Source: a virus
Lineage: Duplodnaviria > Caudoviricetes
IMG/VR virus record: IMGVR_UViG_3300014822_000065
Coordinates: 1 to 56,733 of that record
Reading direction: 5' to 3' (one strand)
DNA length: 56,733 bases
Positions 55,758 to 56,733 of this stretch are shown piece after piece. Each line of letters opens with the position of its first letter. Position 1 is the first letter of the stretch. Both the position numbers and the translations under genes were made by a program. The notes under the pieces were generated by a model. The model searched no databases, was not told where the DNA came from, and was given only the letters and a program-made list of their open reading frames with translations.

Positions 55758-56733
55758 TTAGGCCTCTGCCGCGTCGGGCAGATAGTCGTAGAAGCTCATC
55801 ACAATGGTGTGAGCCAAGTTGGAGTTGACGTCCGCCGCATCGGCGGCCATCAGACCAAGCGGAATGGTCACCGCCTGGTTCAGCTCCACATTCAGCCGAC
55901 CGTCGTCGAGAGACAGCAGCGGCAGATCGAAAGAAAAGCCGGCGTTATCCTTCACCACGCAGACGTCCAAGGTCACATCCGAGTTGGCCCGCAGGGCCGC
56001 CAGAGCGTCGACGTTCTGAAAGTAGGCGGTGACATTCCCACCAACTTCGAAGGTCCCGGCGGTCGCATCGAAGGCGCCGAGGGTCCCAACCGCCTTGTTC
56101 ATGGTAATATTGTTGTTGATGGTCAACCGGGCTTCCGTCACATAGGCGAACAGGGCATCCACATACTCGTCCGTGTTGGAGCAGAGCCCCATACGGATGC
56201 GGGTCACATGGGTCGAGGTATTGAATGCTTTACCGGAGCCGGCAGCCAGCGCCGGACGAGTGCCAGCCTTGAGACCCGTTGCGGCATCGCGGGTCTCGTA
56301 GTCCGTGCCCATAAAGCCCATATCCACCATGATCTTGTCGGCGGTGTTGATGGCCATTGTCATCTCGTTGGGAACGGCGCCAACAATGTATTCGGCCTGC
56401 TCGTTAGAGGGCGACGCGTCGTCAGGAGCCCCAAGGGTCCGCTCAAGCTGGTAGGTCGTGCGAGTGATCGCCGTGCCTTCCTGGTTCTTCAGGGTGCGCC
56501 CGAAGAAGATTTGGATGGTTTTGGACGCTCCGGCGTCGGTTACCATTTGGCCGGAAGCTTTGTCGATGGTCACCTCGTTGGCGCCCACCGTCGTGCGAAC
56601 TCGGCACCAGCCATTGTTCGCGGCAGTGGCGAATTCGGTGGCCGAGGTGTCCCCACCGATGAAGATCAGTTCACCGTCCACCAAGGCGAGTTCCGTGAGG
56701 TCTTTGGCGGAGGTGACAAGGCTCGGCAAGTCC
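55758..56733 (-). CDS. Major tail tube protein, 3' part
   Basis: Open to the window end; INNN, G.FEVGG.VTAYF, FDLPL...GRLNV tube motifs. Confidence 0.88.
   Translation of the reverse strand, partial: DLPSLVTSAKDLTELALVDGELIFIGGDTSATEFATAANNGWCRVRTTVGANEVTIDKASGQMVTDAGASKTIQIFFGRTLKNQEGTAITRTTYQLERTLGAPDDASPSNEQAEYIVGAVPNEMTMAINTADKIMVDMGFMGTDYETRDAATGLKAGTRPALAAGSGKAFNTSTHVTRIRMGLCSNTDEYVDALFAYVTEARLTINNNITMNKAVGTLGAFDATAGTFEVGGNVTAYFQNVDALAALRANSDVTLDVCVVKDNAGFSFDLPLLSLDDGRLNVELNQAVTIPLGLMAADAADVNSNLAHTIVMSFYDYLPDAAEA

Noticed and set aside
1-56733. Prophage, integrase, tRNA genes, 7-deazaguanine genes, CtrA boxes
   Set aside because: None recognised by eye; a tRNAscan or motif search would be needed to exclude weak cases.

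Overview
The window looks like an essentially complete, circularly permuted genome of a lytic siphovirus, probably infecting a Rhodobacteraceae-type alphaproteobacterium (inferred from the RcGTA-like tail-tip genes). The major tail gene is split across the window ends. Minus-strand virion genes lie at 1-10733 (terminases, portal, scaffold, capsid, neck) and 41378-56733 (tail, tape measure, GTA-like tail tip, lysis). Plus-strand small early genes lie at 11254-16727, followed by a lone minus-strand primase-polymerase/helicase. A plus-strand replication and nucleotide block runs 19351-41246 (ligase, DUF2800/DUF2815, PolA, SNF2-like helicase, DenV, intein-containing NrdJ). I recognised no integrase, repressor, tRNA or CRISPR array. 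The strongest unexplained signals are: (1) a C-terminal DPLA tetrapeptide (variants DPLG, DPTA) on seven mostly unrelated DNA-associated proteins, encoded with different codons; (2) a thymidylate-synthase homologue with the dCMP-specifying Asp, clustered with DHFR, dCMP deaminase and a MazG-dNMP kinase fusion, suggesting a 5-methyl-dCMP pathway; (3) a structured, possibly switchable RNA with a terminator just before polA; (4) CAUGG-loop hairpins in head-gene leaders; (5) a polar array of Chi-like GCTGGTGCC repeats. All family assignments come from motif recognition and gene order, not from database searches.
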